DNA of 64,000 nucleotides from Eledone cirrhosa (taxonomy: Eukaryota), in NCBI GenBank assembly GCA_964016885.1, contig OZ024740.1, positions 102,796,001 to 102,860,000 of the forward strand. The letters run 5' to 3'. This document shows, piece after piece, positions 11,601 to 24,482 of the stretch. Position 1 is the first letter of the stretch, and each line of letters opens with the position of its first letter. A program made the translations under genes and the position numbers. The notes under the pieces were generated by a model, which worked only from the letters and a program-made list of their open reading frames with translations, was not told where the DNA came from and searched no databases.

Positions 11601-14446
11601 TCTATTTCCAACCCCATTGCCTCCATGTATTTCATCATAGCCATCACTATGTTGTCCAACGTGACCGTTTAGGTCGCCAGCAATAATTAAGTAGTTGCTG
11701 TTGGTTATTTGGTAGGCAGTGTGCGTTAGAGTCTCATAGAACCTGTCCTTTATAACGTCAGGTAGACCAGATTAGGGTGCATAAGCGGATATTATTGTCA
11801 CAGTAGTTCTATTTAGAACTAGTCTTATTTTAATTATTCAACCATAGAATTTACACCTGCAATGCTGCGACGACACCTTAAAAATAAACGCAACCATGCC
11901 TCTCCTGGTCGGTCTTGATGGTGTTACGTACCTGCTTCTTAAATGTGGTGGGTATTTCCTTCTGCACCAGCTATCACGCTTCTTCCAATTCTGTCTGAAC
12001 AACGGTGCTACTCCAGAACAGTGGAAAACTGCCAGTGTCATTCCTCTGTTCAAAAAGAGTGACCGCACATCACCTGTGAACTATCGTCCAGTCAGTCTTA
12101 TTAGTTGCATTGCCAAACTGATGGAATCCTGTGTCAGAGAAACATTTTGGAACTTCTGGAACTCTCACAGTCTTATCCGGCCCTCACAATTTGGATTTAT
12201 CCCCAACACCAGCTGCTGTGATCCACTTATCGAGTTTCTTGAAGACATCACCCGGATCACTGATGGCGGCTCATGGGTGGATGTTGTTTACCTTGACTTT
12301 GCGAAAGCTTTCAATTCTGTGCCACACAAAAGGCTTACAGCAAAACTCTCTGCAATGGGTGTGAGGGATGATCCCTTTAACTGGTTGAAGTCCTTCATTC
12401 TCAGTCGAAGAGAGGTAGTCACGGTTCTGGGACAGCATTCCTCACCATATGAGATGTCATCTGGTGTACCACAGGGATCTGTCCTTGGCCCCCTTTTGTT
12501 TGTGGCATATATTAATGACATAGATGCCAACTTAAAGAATGCCACAGTACTGAAGTACGCAGATGACATCAAGCTGTACCTTGAGATAAAAAGGACAGAT
12601 CCTGAACACTATAGATCTTGCTTGCAGTCTGACCTGAACACAATGCAACAATGGATCTCAGACTGGCAACTCAAGCTAGCTGTGGACAAGTGCACCACCA
12701 TGCATTTTGGGAGTAAAAACCCAGCGTCCACATACTCCCTCCACAGCACTAATATCAAGAAGTTTTATTGTGAACGTGACCTGGGCATTACGGTCAGCAG
12801 CGATTTGCGTTGGACGAGGCAAGTCTCTAAAATTGTCAAGAGGGCTGAGGGTGTCTTAGCATCACTCAGCAAGACCTTTGTCAGCCGCTCTCCAGCTATC
12901 TATTTAAAGCTGTAAATGGCTATGGTGCGACCACACTTTGGTCACCAGTCTGGAACCCCTATCTTGCTCAGAACATTGACCGCCTAGAAACTGTTCAGAG
13001 ACGTGCCACCAAGTGAATACCCTCCACCAGGCATCTACCATACTCTGAACGCCTTGCTTCCTTCCCTGGGCATGGATACATTGAAGCTCCGACGCCTGGC
13101 AACTGACTTTGTAAACACCCACAAAATTATTAACCATCTTGCCAACAACAACCCTGAGTACCTTTTTGATTTCCATGTGTCTAACACACGTGGGCATGCC
13201 CACAAAATCAGAAAACAGCACAATTCCCATGACTTCCAGAAACATTTGTTCACGCTCAGAAGCATGGAACAAACTACCTGCATCAGTCGTTAGCTGTCGA
13301 GTCACTGCATCCTTTAAAACCTCCATGCTTCTCGAGATTCGCCAACACTACACCTAATGTTCCCCCTCCATACATACACACATGTATATCATGACCCATA
13401 CGCTATTCACTTCCCTGACATTTGTATATTATTCTATGTACTATACATGCACCTTTGACGAGTTGTAGTGCACCTGAGCACTTTACACAATAATTTCATT
13501 ATTATTATCGTTTTTTACCCACGATGAATCTGGCAGACCCACCTCTCCACCTAGTCTCTTGAACACAACAAACTTCAACTTCTTTACGTTCAAGCATCTC
13601 TACAACCTCATTTGAGCGACCTTTCAATGTGCCTACGTTCATGGTACCAACTCTGAAGCTGGGAGGGTGAGATGGATGGGTTGGAGGGGCAGGGAGGGGT
13701 GTGGGGGACGGAATTATGTTGGTCATCCGTGTCTGAAATAAAGAGGGGTCCTTGTATTCTCGTCCTGCAGCGGGAGGTGAATTTATCTTTATCTGTGACA
13801 TTGTCATTGAGTGTTTAGTCTTTCCAAATTCCGCAGCCCACCCATCAAACAGGTATAAACTTAAAGAATAGTAAACGAAGTGGTAGCTTTGCTATACTGA
13901 TTTGTAAGAGAACTTACTATAAGCCGTTGAGTTATGATTGGACCATATAGCAATGGTGGTGTGTGGAAATGGGTAACTTTAGGAGAAGGTTAGCTTTTAG
14001 GAAGGGTCCAACAGAATGAGACATATTATTAAAAACATGTAAAATATTAATTGAAAATCCAAGAGAAAAACGGAGAATTTGAATTCTAGACTGGCATAAA
14101 TAGAAGTTTAAAACACTGCTCATTGAGTGAACTACAGGTAAAAGGAAAGACAAGTGTTTTGCTTACATTCTCAAAATCGACAGATCGTCCGTAAGATAGA
14201 TTAGTTAGATAAATTCTGTGTTTGGAACCCAGCAAAGTTTATTTTATACTTGCGAGCAGACGAGGGTGGGGTACGAGAGAAGGAGCAACATTTTACAAAA
14301 TTAGCGAGCGAGATGAAGGAAGGTTCTAGAATAATTAATTAATAATAATACTAGAAGGTTAGTTTTTAGGAAGGGTCCAACAGAATGAGACATTTTATTA
14401 AAAACGTAAAATATTAATTGAAAATCCGAGAGAAAAACGGAGAAAT
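8666..14446 (-). mobile_element. Near full-length decayed RTE LINE interrupted by a CR1
   Basis: APE (RVGTMNVGTL, CVQETRW, AGDLNGHVG), RT (QFGF, FVDLEKAFD, LLYADDL) and C-terminal fragments from 13807 to 9053, with stops and frameshifts. (GAT)n tail at ~8666-8685. 5' region with direct repeats to ~14444. Confidence 0.93.
11840..13507 (+). mobile_element. 5'-truncated CR1-type LINE inserted in RTE
   Basis: NYRPVSL, YLDFAKAF, SGVPQGSVLGP, YADD, ERDLG, NTRGH; 3' UTR and (ATT)n tail. Confidence 0.94.
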
Positions 14447-15695
14447 TATATAGTGTGTGACCGATGACAGCGTTAGCGGCCTTAATAGCATGAACAACCG
14501 CAGTAGAAGGCGCCGTAGCATACAACGTATGCATGGTACCGCCCTGCATGTCCATAGCTATGGTAATGCCAACTACAATAATAGTAGCTGTGGTGCTGAT
14601 AATAGTAATAATAATAATATTACAGTGGATACTAACAACCACCACCTTAAAGGTAACCGTAGTAAGCACTGCAACTGTCGTGACCCTGTTAACTGTCCAC
14701 TCCGAGGTTACTGCTTAACTAAAAGTGTTATATATAGATGTACTGTTACTAGTCATAATAGTGTCAAGAATTACATAGGAGCCACCTCTGGGTCGTTCAA
14801 GACTAGATTTCGAGCGCATCTCCTCTCTTTTAGGAATAGGAAACTAAGATACTCTACATCCCTCGCCAATTACATCACCCAATTAAACGACTCTAGCATT
14901 AGCTTCTCCACTTATTGGGAAATTGTCAACCAGGCAACACCCTACAACTTCAAGAAAAAATGCCAGCTCTGTCTTATGGAACTGTATTATATAGTGCAAG
15001 CACCCCCTGGATCTCATTAACAGTCGGGCTGAAACCGTCATCAATTGCGGCCATAGACTACAGCAATCCTTCTACAGATGGACCCCGGATAATACTCAAA
15101 CACCATAACACCAGGGCCTCGTACACCACGCCCTGGCAGGACTTAAAACGGTGGGCTCAAAAGTAAGCATTTGTGAACAATACCATCATCCAATCCCCGT
15201 CGTCTCTCCGGAGTGTTGCACTACATATGTTCAGATGGATTACCCCGTTGTATTCTTCTACACTAATAGACTAAACTTTGAGTAACTTTGCAGAATTGAT
15301 GATTATACCCTTTAAACACTGTAGACGTATGATCATGTAATTATATAGGGTCCATTGTATATGCCTTTACTTTTCTCGGTGCTTAAGCCTACGTTGAAAC
15401 TGCAGCTTTATACTAACTAAAACTAGTGTATAGTCTTTAATGACCTTAATCATAATTAACACTCACATTCATACCTTAACAGTGCCTCATTAAATTGAAT
15501 TGACAAAGCATAATTAAATTAGCACTTTGTAACTAGAAGTAGGGAAAAAAAAGTTTGTAATAGCGGTCATTAATTTAACAGATAACTCTAACTAACACCG
15601 TAATTATTTCCCCTTGTTCATAAAGATAAACACTAGACTTGTAACACCGAGCTATGAATTTCGATGTTAAAATCTTACTCATACCTGTGCAGGGT

Positions 15696-15888
15696 TCAGG
15701 TGGATTGGCAGTATTGGTAGAGGGTCGGACGCCATGCTTTGACGCATAGAGTTACGGCCCTTGCCATTCTGAGTTCAAATCCCGCCGAGGTTAACTTTGC
15801 CTTTCATCCTTACGGGGTCGATAAAATAAAGTACCAGTAATACACTGGTTAATTGCTGGCCTTGTGCCAAAAAGTAGAAACAATTATT
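15696..15888 (+). mobile_element. SINE family A, inserted in the Penelope 3' region
   Basis: Closely similar to 2387-2590. Confidence 0.88.
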
Positions 15889-15905
15889 AAATTCTTTACT
15901 TTTTT

Positions 15906-15954
15906 AAAAGCCTCAGACGAGCCCCATTGGGTGAAACATGTGTAAGAGCTTTTT
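15906..15954 (+). ncRNA. Minimal type I hammerhead motif, core altered (CAGACGA)
   Basis: AAAAGCCT-CAGACGA-GCCC CATT GGGT-GAAA-CATGTG-TA-AGAGCTTTT. Palindromic stem III loop, typical of Penelope HHRs. Confidence 0.65.
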
Positions 15955-16139
15955 ATAAATGTATTTTAATGGCTTGCTTCTCTTTCATCAACTTCTTCAA
16001 TTATAATTGCTCTGCTTAACTTCGCGCACTAAATATTAATGCCTCTAATATTTAACCCTGCTTTTGGCAAATAATCATCTGTATCATTTCTCTCTATACC
16101 TCTTCTTTCCATCCCCTCCCACGATACTGTAACTTTATA

Positions 16140-16207
<68 letters not shown>

Positions 16208-16399
16208 ACTATTCTAATGTAGAGTTACTTTAACTTTGTAGATGATCACTAACTAATCAGGGCTGAAGTACTTCCTGATTATATAAGGAAGACTGACCTT
16301 TATGGTGCAATTCTGGCCATATTTTATATGGAGATTGTCATGAGAGATCGATTGAGAGTGGAAAATTTAGCAATGTGGATTTCTTTTTATAGATGGAGA

Positions 16400-16674
16400 C
16401 AGAGGCATAACTAGGGAAAATAGTGCCTATGGCAAGCAGTGAAATTTTGCCCCTCCCCAGCACTGTATTTTGGCATATGGGCCTAATAATTTGTATAAAT
16501 GGTTTACTGATCTAGCCACCCATGATAATCAAAGACATCTGAAAGAGTTTCTTTTTTCATTTTTCGACGAGGCTTAGTTGACTTTAATAGAATGTGCTCC
16601 ATGTCCAAGTGGTGCCCCCTTCATGTGGTGCCAGTGGCACTTGTCATGCTTGCCATACCCTAGTTATGCACCTG
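16400..16674. mobile_element. hAT-type MITE
   Basis: TIRs CAGAGGCATAACTAGGG / CCCTAGTTATGCACCTG. Perfect 8-bp TSD GATGGAGA (16392-16399, 16675-16682). Confidence 0.88.
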
Positions 16675-18332
16675 GATGGAGAGCAGGTCTAAATTGATTG
16701 TGTGTGTTTGATGTATGTGTTACAGAAAGTAAATGAGGAGTGAAGGATGGTATAATCTGTTTAGTTAATGTAGAAGAAGTGTTTGAGAGAGATTACAAAA
16801 CTTTGGAGTACACCAAATTTGATAGAGAGAGGTTGGACAGAGTTTCATTTGTGCATGTTACATAAGAGAACATTGATATGGAAGTCTTGATTGAAGAGGT
16901 GAGACTAACTTAGATTACAGGTTGTTGTACCTGACAATCAATGGTTTGGTTGTAGTATCAGAGAACCAGTGGTTTACCAGTTGGCTACTAGTAAGCAATG
17001 ATGCTATTATTCACTAATTGTGATATACAAAAAATAAAATATATATAGATGTGGAGCATATTGTTTCAGAGTGATAGAACAAATACTATTAAAGACCAGT
17101 CAACTTGTATTGGAGGAACCAGAGCATTTCTTTTACATTTGATGATAACTATTTGTGTACTGATAAGACATTTTGAATGGAGAAGAACAGATATGAAAGT
17201 GTTTAGTCATGTGTGTGCCGTTGATGGCAAAACAGGTTAATACTGTGATGGCTTTATCTATAGGAGTGTTTTACAGTCCCATATTGGTTGATAAGCAGTG
17301 TTTAGCAGGTTATAATAATGATCATAATATTTGTCACCAATATAGCAGACATTTAATAGTCACCAGTTTAGCTGTTAAATAATATTATGCCATGTAATAA
17401 TATAATAATGATGTATTTTGTTGAATTGAGGTTCAGCTGTAATTCTCAGGTACTGTTGCTGCTGTGATAATAACTCTGGAAGGGATCTTTCCATATCACA
17501 TTTAAAGGCTATGGCTGTGGTAATAGCCTCACAAGACTTTACAATGTTTTTACATATTTTATTTACAAACTGATTACAAAGGTTGAGCTGAGTTGAGCTG
17601 GCATGCCAAAACAAATGAATAAACAAATTAAGAGTTTAGACGGTATGGTCAACTGGCTGAAGTGCTGGCCAGGTTGCAGTTATGTTGTTATCGTTACATA
17701 TTGGCTAGTGATCAAAGTTGCAAGAGAAAGAGTTTATCGAAAGTAGTGGAAAAATCTCCGTTTGGGCGGAAGTTGAAAATACATATCCGTGCACGGCTCA
17801 CGATTGCCCCGACTAGGCCAAATCATGCACGAATAGCCTATCAATGCGCCAAAGGAAAGTAGCTTGCTACAAGTGGATATGAGATTCCAATATCATCATT
17901 TTTATGGGCTGGACGAGTTATCATGTTCTAAAACTCAACCAGTCAGGTGACCGTATCCTGGTCATACACTCCATATTTGGCATGGTTTCTATGGCTGGAA
18001 GCCCTTCTTAACACCAATAACCTTACAGGGTTTACTGGATGTATATTTTTGTAGCATCAGAACTACCACTTTACAGTGGACTGGGTACATTTTATCATGG
18101 CACCAACACTACAAAGTTTATAAAACCATAAAATACAGATGCAATTTTGGTGATAGAAGAGCTGGAAGACTGCAATGCATGAAGGCATTCTTTGATTTAT
18201 TGAGGTTCAACTGTTATAGTGTAGTTACAGGCTTTGATGAATAGTTTGTACTCTAATTATTTATTAAACATCAGTTCAATAAAGTTCACAAAACAGTACT
18301 AAGTAATTTCCTGGACTGTGTAAATGGTTGAA

Positions 18333-18678
18333 TCATCATCATCATCATCATCATTTTACGTCTGCTTTTCCCTGCTTGCAAGGGTGGGACGGGAACTGAT
18401 TCTGGCTTGATTTCTACAGCTGGATGCCCTTCCTAACACCAACCTCATTTACAGTGAGTGCTGGGTGCTTTTTTGCCGTGGCAGAATTGAACTCACAACT
18501 TTGCAGTGGAATGATAGGGACCCCAGTCCTATCATCTCATTTCTACAGCTGAGTAAACTGGAGCAATGTGAAATAAAGTGTCTTGCTCAAGGAAACAACA
18601 CATCACCCGGTCTAAGAATTGAACTCACAACCTTTCGATTGCAAGGCCAATGCTCTAACCACTAAGCCATGTGCCTCC
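18333..18678 (-). mobile_element. SINE family B: tRNA head + CORE-like domain + RTE-derived 3' tail
   Basis: Head GGAGGCACATGGCTTAGTGGTTAGAGC...GAGTTCAATTC; CORE-like CCTTGAGCAAGACACTT...; tail matches the RTE 3' UTR at ~1815-1898; (GAT)n end. Confidence 0.88.
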
Positions 18679-18709
18679 ATACATGTGTGTATATGTGTGA
18701 CATCTGAAT

Positions 18710-19280
18710 GAGTATCCTCCACCTATCTTACCGCTTGGTCCCGGCTGTCAAGAGAATACATTACCCCTGGAACAGCCACTCCACCTCACTGGGCTTGCAC
18801 CTGCAAGCAGCCAACTCCACTATGATAGTAGGAGCATGGATGTGGTCTGGGAGACCAAGAATGCTAAAAGTCTCCACTGCTACAGGCTCAACCACAAACC
18901 TATCAAATAGTAACCGATACTTGGACAGTTTACTCTCTTTGGCCTGGCGGCCAGCAGAAAGCTGGTAGCTGAATGCACCTGGTTGCCACAAGAAAAAGTG
19001 TCACAACATGTTGCATCACATGTTGCCTACCCCCATGAAACAGGAAGAATGTTATGCCATCTGGCTTTTTACCCTCCCCTCAGTCCAGCTCATGCTTTAT
19101 CATCTTGTTGAGAGCTGCATGGTGAGGGAGATAGCCAGCACTATAATAGCACAACAGTGGGTGGAAACTAAAAGGATCCACAGTGGTGCCACAGCAGCAT
19201 TTGTGAGGCTCACAGATGCAGAGGCAGAGTGAAAACCTGCCAGCCAGTGCTGGTCAAGCTGGTTCACCAGCCTATCTAAG
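18710..19280 (-). mobile_element. Decayed CRE-clade-like non-LTR element, restriction-like endonuclease region
   Basis: Minus-strand fragments KKPDGITFF, DATCCDTF, KLSKY...FVVEPVAVET and EWLFQ resemble the RPDG...WDxT...P.AVET...FQR motif series. Confidence 0.65.
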
Positions 19281-19713
19281 GTCATGTTATCAGTTTTCAG
19301 CTTAACTGTATCAGAGGGGTTAGAGGTGAAGCAGATTTGTTGGCTTAAAGTATTAGGAAGTTATTTGGGCTGTTATCTTAACTAGGCAGTTAACTTGCAG
19401 CTGTTATAGCAGTGCAGTTACAGGCTTGGATTATGTCGGAGATGTTATCAGTTACCAGCTTAGATGTCTTAGAAGGGAACAAGGTGAAGCAGATTTGTTG
19501 GCTTAAAGTGTTGGAAGGTTTGCTGGGCAAGGGTTCTTATGTATTAGGACAGATAAGTGTTATCTTAACTAAACAGTGATAAAGTGGCCAAGTTAGGAGA
19601 GATACACAAATGGCAGATTGCATTTGGAAGTGAGGGAAAAGTTAAGACTCCTTGAAGTGTCAATATGTTAGAGATATGAGAACATGAGCAAACTAACATG
19701 TGTAGTGAGTTTA

Positions 19714-20182
19714 AAATAAAATTAGTTAGAAAATAAAACATATAGTTACAGTAAATTGACAAATGATAATAGACCTTGTGGAATGCCTAGATATCAAGGT
19801 TCAGTTGACTGGGTTTACATAATGAACTTCTTAACCATTAATGTTGTGTCACTTTACTATACGTTTTGTATTAAATGTTTTGAAATACATTGATATTTAG
19901 CTGATCCTGTTCTGAATAGAACCTCCCTCCCTCTCTCCACACAACAAATAAAATTAGTTAGAAAATAAAACATATAGTTACAGTAAATTGACAAATGATA
20001 ATAGACCTTGTGGAATGCCTAGATATCAAGGTTCAGTTGACTGGGTTTACATAATGAACTTCTTAACCATTAATGTTGTGTCACTTTACTATACGTTTTG
20101 TATTAAATGTTTTGAAATACATTGATATTTAGCTGATCCTGTTCTGAATAGAACCTCCCTCCCTCTCTCCACACAACAAATA
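19714..20182. repeat. Apparently perfect 232-bp tandem duplication
   Basis: 19714-19945 equals 19946-20177; AAATA microhomology at the junction. Confidence 0.93.
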
Positions 20183-20438
20183 CTCCATATGATTATCTAC
20201 TTTCTATTGTTACATTGAAGACTTTTTAAAACTGTACCTGGTGGAATCTATTCAGGTGAGCATAGAAATGACCAATACTATTTAATGTAGTGAATCAATA
20301 AATTTTAATTGATTAACCCTTTTGATATGAACCTGCCTGAAACTGCCCTGGTTGTATGCAATAAAACTGCCAATTTTAAAATGTTTATACTTATATTAAG
20401 ACCTCCCATAATTTTATTTCACAAATTTTTGTTATGTA

Positions 20439-20586
20439 CAAGGTTGGGCTGAAAAGTTCATAGTGATGCTAGAGCTGTGAAATCATGCATGCATTAATTT
20501 CAACTCTGCATTGTTTCTTTCCTATGACTATATTGAAAAATAAACTTCATTTCGTCATTCCATATGAACTTTTCAGCTGACTCTCG
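20439..20586. mobile_element. Small mariner-type MITE
   Basis: TA|CAAGGTTGGGCTGAAAAGTTCATA ... TATGAACTTTTCAGCTGACTCTCG|TA. Confidence 0.75.
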
Positions 20587-21352
20587 TAATGTTACAAACG
20601 TTAGCTTACTAATGGAAAAGTTAGTTATTTTACTGAATTCTCCCAAACTTGATTATTTCCAAAATCAATTGACATAAATCAGCTGTATTTCATTGTAAAT
20701 ACAGTGCAAAAGTGTAAAAGTAAAGCCAACTGTAAAAATAAATAATTATTATCTTTATGACTAAATCTAGTCAAGAAAGGCAAAAGAAGCAGCCCACAGA
20801 ATTGTAATTTATTAAAATTCACTGAAAATAGAGTATATTATAAAACCCTATGTTTGGTATGATATTGTTATTTTCTAAAGATAATAAATTTGGTTATACA
20901 TTGGTAACTGTTATCAATGAGATAGATATATAAGTTCCAATAGGTCATCATTAACATCATCATCATTTAACATCCATTTTCCAGGCTTGTGTGGGTAAAT
21001 CTGTTGTCAAGTTCTGAGGCGAGACAAGTCAGGTGATTATGTCTTGCTCATATGTTCTGTTTTGGGTTTGATTTTCTATGGCTGGATGCCTATCCTAATG
21101 CCAACCACTTTATAGGGTGTACTGGGAGCATCTTATAGTGCTGACACTACTACCTTATAGGGTGGACTGGGAGCTTTTTGTTGTGGCACCAGCACTACCA
21201 CTTCACAGGGTGTTTGTATATACTGTATATACTCAAATATAAGCCAACCCCCACCCCATTTTATACCTGAGAAATGGCAAAAAATCCAAACCCTGCTTAT
21301 AAGCCAAGGCAGCTAATCAACATTTATGAAGTTTTAATATTTTGATGTTTAA

Positions 21353-21497
21353 CCCTTTAGCATTTATGTTACTCTATATTTACTATTATATTTTCACAGT
21401 AAAGGCTTTTTCTCACATACTTATCTCACATAATATCGAAGCTATGAAATTTTGGTATCATTTATGACAGGATACAGCCGGTTTAAATGCTATAGGG
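21353..21497. mobile_element. piggyBac-type MITE
   Basis: TTAA|CCCTTTAGCATTTA ... TAAATGCTATAGGG|TTAA. Confidence 0.82.
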
Positions 21498-21672
21498 TTA
21501 AGATGTTTTAAGTGTTATTTAAATAATAATGAAATTATTGTGTAAAGTGCTCAGGTGCACTACAACTCGTCAAAGGTGCATGTATAGTACATAGAATAAT
21601 ATACAAATGTCAGGGAAGTGAATAGTGTATGAGTCATGATATACATGTGTGTATGTGTATGAAGGGGAAACA

Positions 21673-24482
21673 TTAGGTGTAGTATTGGCGAATCTCAGGA
21701 AGCATGGAGGTTTTAAAGGATGCAGTGTTTCGACAGCTAACAACTAATGCAGGTAGTTTGTTCCATGCTTGAGCAACTCTGAGCATGAAAAAATGTTTCC
21801 GAAAGTCATGGGAACTGTGCTGTTTTCGGACTTTGTGGGCATGCCCACATGTGTGAAACACATGGAAATCAAAAAGGTACTCAGGGTTGTTGTTGGCAAG
21901 ATTGTTAATAATTTTGTGGGTGTTTACCAAGTCAGTTGCCAGGCGTCGGAGCTTCAATGTATCCATGCCCAGGGAAGTAAGGCGTTCAGAGTATGATAGA
22001 TGCCTGATGGAGGGTATTCGCTTGGTTGCACGTCTCTGAATAGTTTCCAGGCGGTCAATATTCTGAGTAAGATAGGGGTTCCAGACTGGTGATGCAAATT
22101 CTAAGTGTGGCCGCACCATAGCCATGTACAGCCTTAAATAGATAGCTGGAGAGCGGCTGACAAAGATCATGCTGAGTGATGCTAAGACACCCTCAGCCCT
22201 CTTGACAATTTTAGAGACGTGCTTCGTCCAACGCAAATCGCTGCTAACCGTAATGCCCAGGTCACGTTCACAAGAAGACTTCTTGATATCAGTGCTGTGG
22301 AGGGAGTATGTGGATGCTGGGTCTTACTCCCAAAATGCATGGTGGTGCACTTGTCCACAGCTAGCTTGAGTTGCCAGTCTGAGATCCATTGTTGCATTGT
22401 GTCCAGGTCAGACTGCAAGCAAGATCTACAGTGTTCAGGATCTGTCCTTTTTATCTCAAGGTACAGCTTGATGTCATCTGTGTACTTTAGTACTGTGGCA
22501 TTCTTTAAGTTGGCATCTATGTCATTAATATATGCCACAAACAAAAGGGGGCCAAGAACAGATCCCTGTGGTACACCAGATGACATCTCATATGGTGAGG
22601 AATGCTGTCCCAGAACCGTGACTACCTCTCTTTGACTGAGAATGAAGGACTTCAACCAGTTAAAAAGATCATCCTTCACACCCATTGCAGAGAGTTTTGC
22701 CATAAGCCTTTTGTGTGGCACAGAATTGAAAGCTTTCGCAAAGTCAAGGTAAACAACATCCACCCATGAGCCACCATCAGTGATCCGGGTGATGTCTTCA
22801 AGAAAATCGATAAGTTGGTCAAAGCAGCTGGAGTTGGGGATAAATCCAAATTGTGAGGGCCGGATAAGACTGAGAGTTCCAGAAGTTCCAAAGTGTTTCT
22901 CTGACACAGGATTCCATCAGTTTGGCAATGCAACTAGTAAGACTTACTGGACGATAGTTCACAGGTGATGTGCGGTCACCCTTTTTGAACAGAGGAATGA
23001 CACTGGCAGTTTTCCACTGCTCTGGAGTAGAACCGTTGTTCAGACAGAATTGGAAGAAGCGTGATAGCTGGTGCAGAAGGAAATACCCACCACATTTAAG
23101 AAGCAGGTACGTAACACCATCAAGACCGACCAGGAGAGGCATGGTTGCGTTTATTTTTTAGGTGACGTCGCAGCATTGCAGGTGTAAATTCCATGGTTGT
23201 AATAGAGTCCAGTGTCATAGGTGGTGGAGACGGTACACTCTGGTCTTCAATAGTGAAAATGCCTGCATAGCATTCAGCAATGAGCTCTGCGCATTCCTTG
23301 GGGTCGTCAGTAACCTGGCTTGTGTGGGGATTATGAAGAGGACCGACTGGAGAGTGAGGCCTCTGCTTTGAGTGAACATACTTCCAGAACACCTCACTGT
23401 CAGGGCTGGTTGCTATGCGCTGCTCAAATTGAAGCACTGCCTTTTTTGTCACCTGCTTGAGGTGGTTGGACGATTTATTTCGCCTCTTCCTATTGATGTC
23501 TGATTTGTGCAGTTTGTACTCACGTTCAGCATTGCAACGTTCTTTTCTGGCAAGACGGACTGCTGCAGTCTCCCAAATTGCACTTTTGGGATGTTTTTTC
23601 CGCTTACGTGGCACCGATGCTGCACATGCTGTCCATATTGAGCTCAGGATGTTCTGGAGTACAGTGTTGACATCTTCAGAGTCGTAGAACTCAAGCCAGT
23701 TTGGACGTTGCAGCTCGGTGCAGTAACAGTTCCAGTCTGCTTTATTCCAGTCAAAGTGAGCAGTTTGGAGATGGTTGTGGTTCTTGTTACTTCCCATGAT
23801 CAGAGTCACCTAAAGGTTCCTCAGCAGTAACACTAATGACCGTTTCAGGAGTAGTGGTGAAGAGTAGGTCCAAAGTGTTGTCACCTCTTGTTGGGAAGGT
23901 GACTACTTGGGACCAATTCGAGTCCAGCACTAGCTCAAAGAAGTCATTTGCACTTGGCGGCCAACGAAAGGTTTCCCAGTCAATCTCAGGGTTATTGAAG
24001 TCTCCTGCAATAAAAACATAAGTGGCTGTTTTCCTGGCAGCAGCTCTGAGGATATCACAAAGTTGAGTGTCCTGATGGTAATTTGGGGGACAGTAAACGA
24101 CTCCAAGTAGCAGTGTTGACATGGTCATACGTATATCGCAGAAAAAAACTTCCTGCTGTGATTGGTTCAAATCAACACAAGGAATTGCCGACAAATTTGA
24201 CCAAACGTAGACCATTACACCACCACCACCACGATTAATGCGGTCTTTACAAAACAGGTTGTAGCCAGTTATGCTGAAAACCCCATCACAGAGTAAGGGA
24301 TGTGCCCAAGTTTCCGTGACTGTAATGAAGTCAGGGTTGATACTTTTGACGTAGGAGTCAAAAAGATGAATCTTATTGCTTAGACTACGTGCATTCAAGG
24401 ACAACAATTTGTACCTTGATTCCAGTATATGATTATGTTCAGGGGATGGCAGGTTGTTCTGATTTAGTTTCCCAGAGTTTTT
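21673..24482 (-). pseudogene. CR1 ORF2 (APE endonuclease + RT), frameshifted
   Basis: LNARSL, VTETW, AGDFN, TLDL, SDH, NYRPVSL, QGSVLGP, YTDD; several frameshifts. Confidence 0.92.

Larger units (their letters stand above)
14450..16140 (+). mobile_element. 5'-truncated second Penelope-like element (GIY-YIG domain, 3' region, HHR)
   Basis: ORF 14457-15020 has CNCRDPVNCPLRGYC, VIY...YIG, FKTRF..H..SF and CQLCLME. HHR motif at 15906-15954. Ends at (TA)n. Confidence 0.85.

Noticed and set aside
4145-15060. Selenocysteine (in-frame UGA) coding, reported for some Naiad Penelope-like elements
   Set aside because: The conserved Cys positions I checked in both elements (SCRLIN, VCDLVG, CxC..CPL.G.C, CQLC) are TGT/TGC. 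The breaks look like ordinary frameshifts.
18600-18678. tRNA gene (also at 55200-55280 and in SINE A heads)
   Set aside because: A/B boxes run on into SINE body and tail, with no proper acceptor stem; these are SINE heads.
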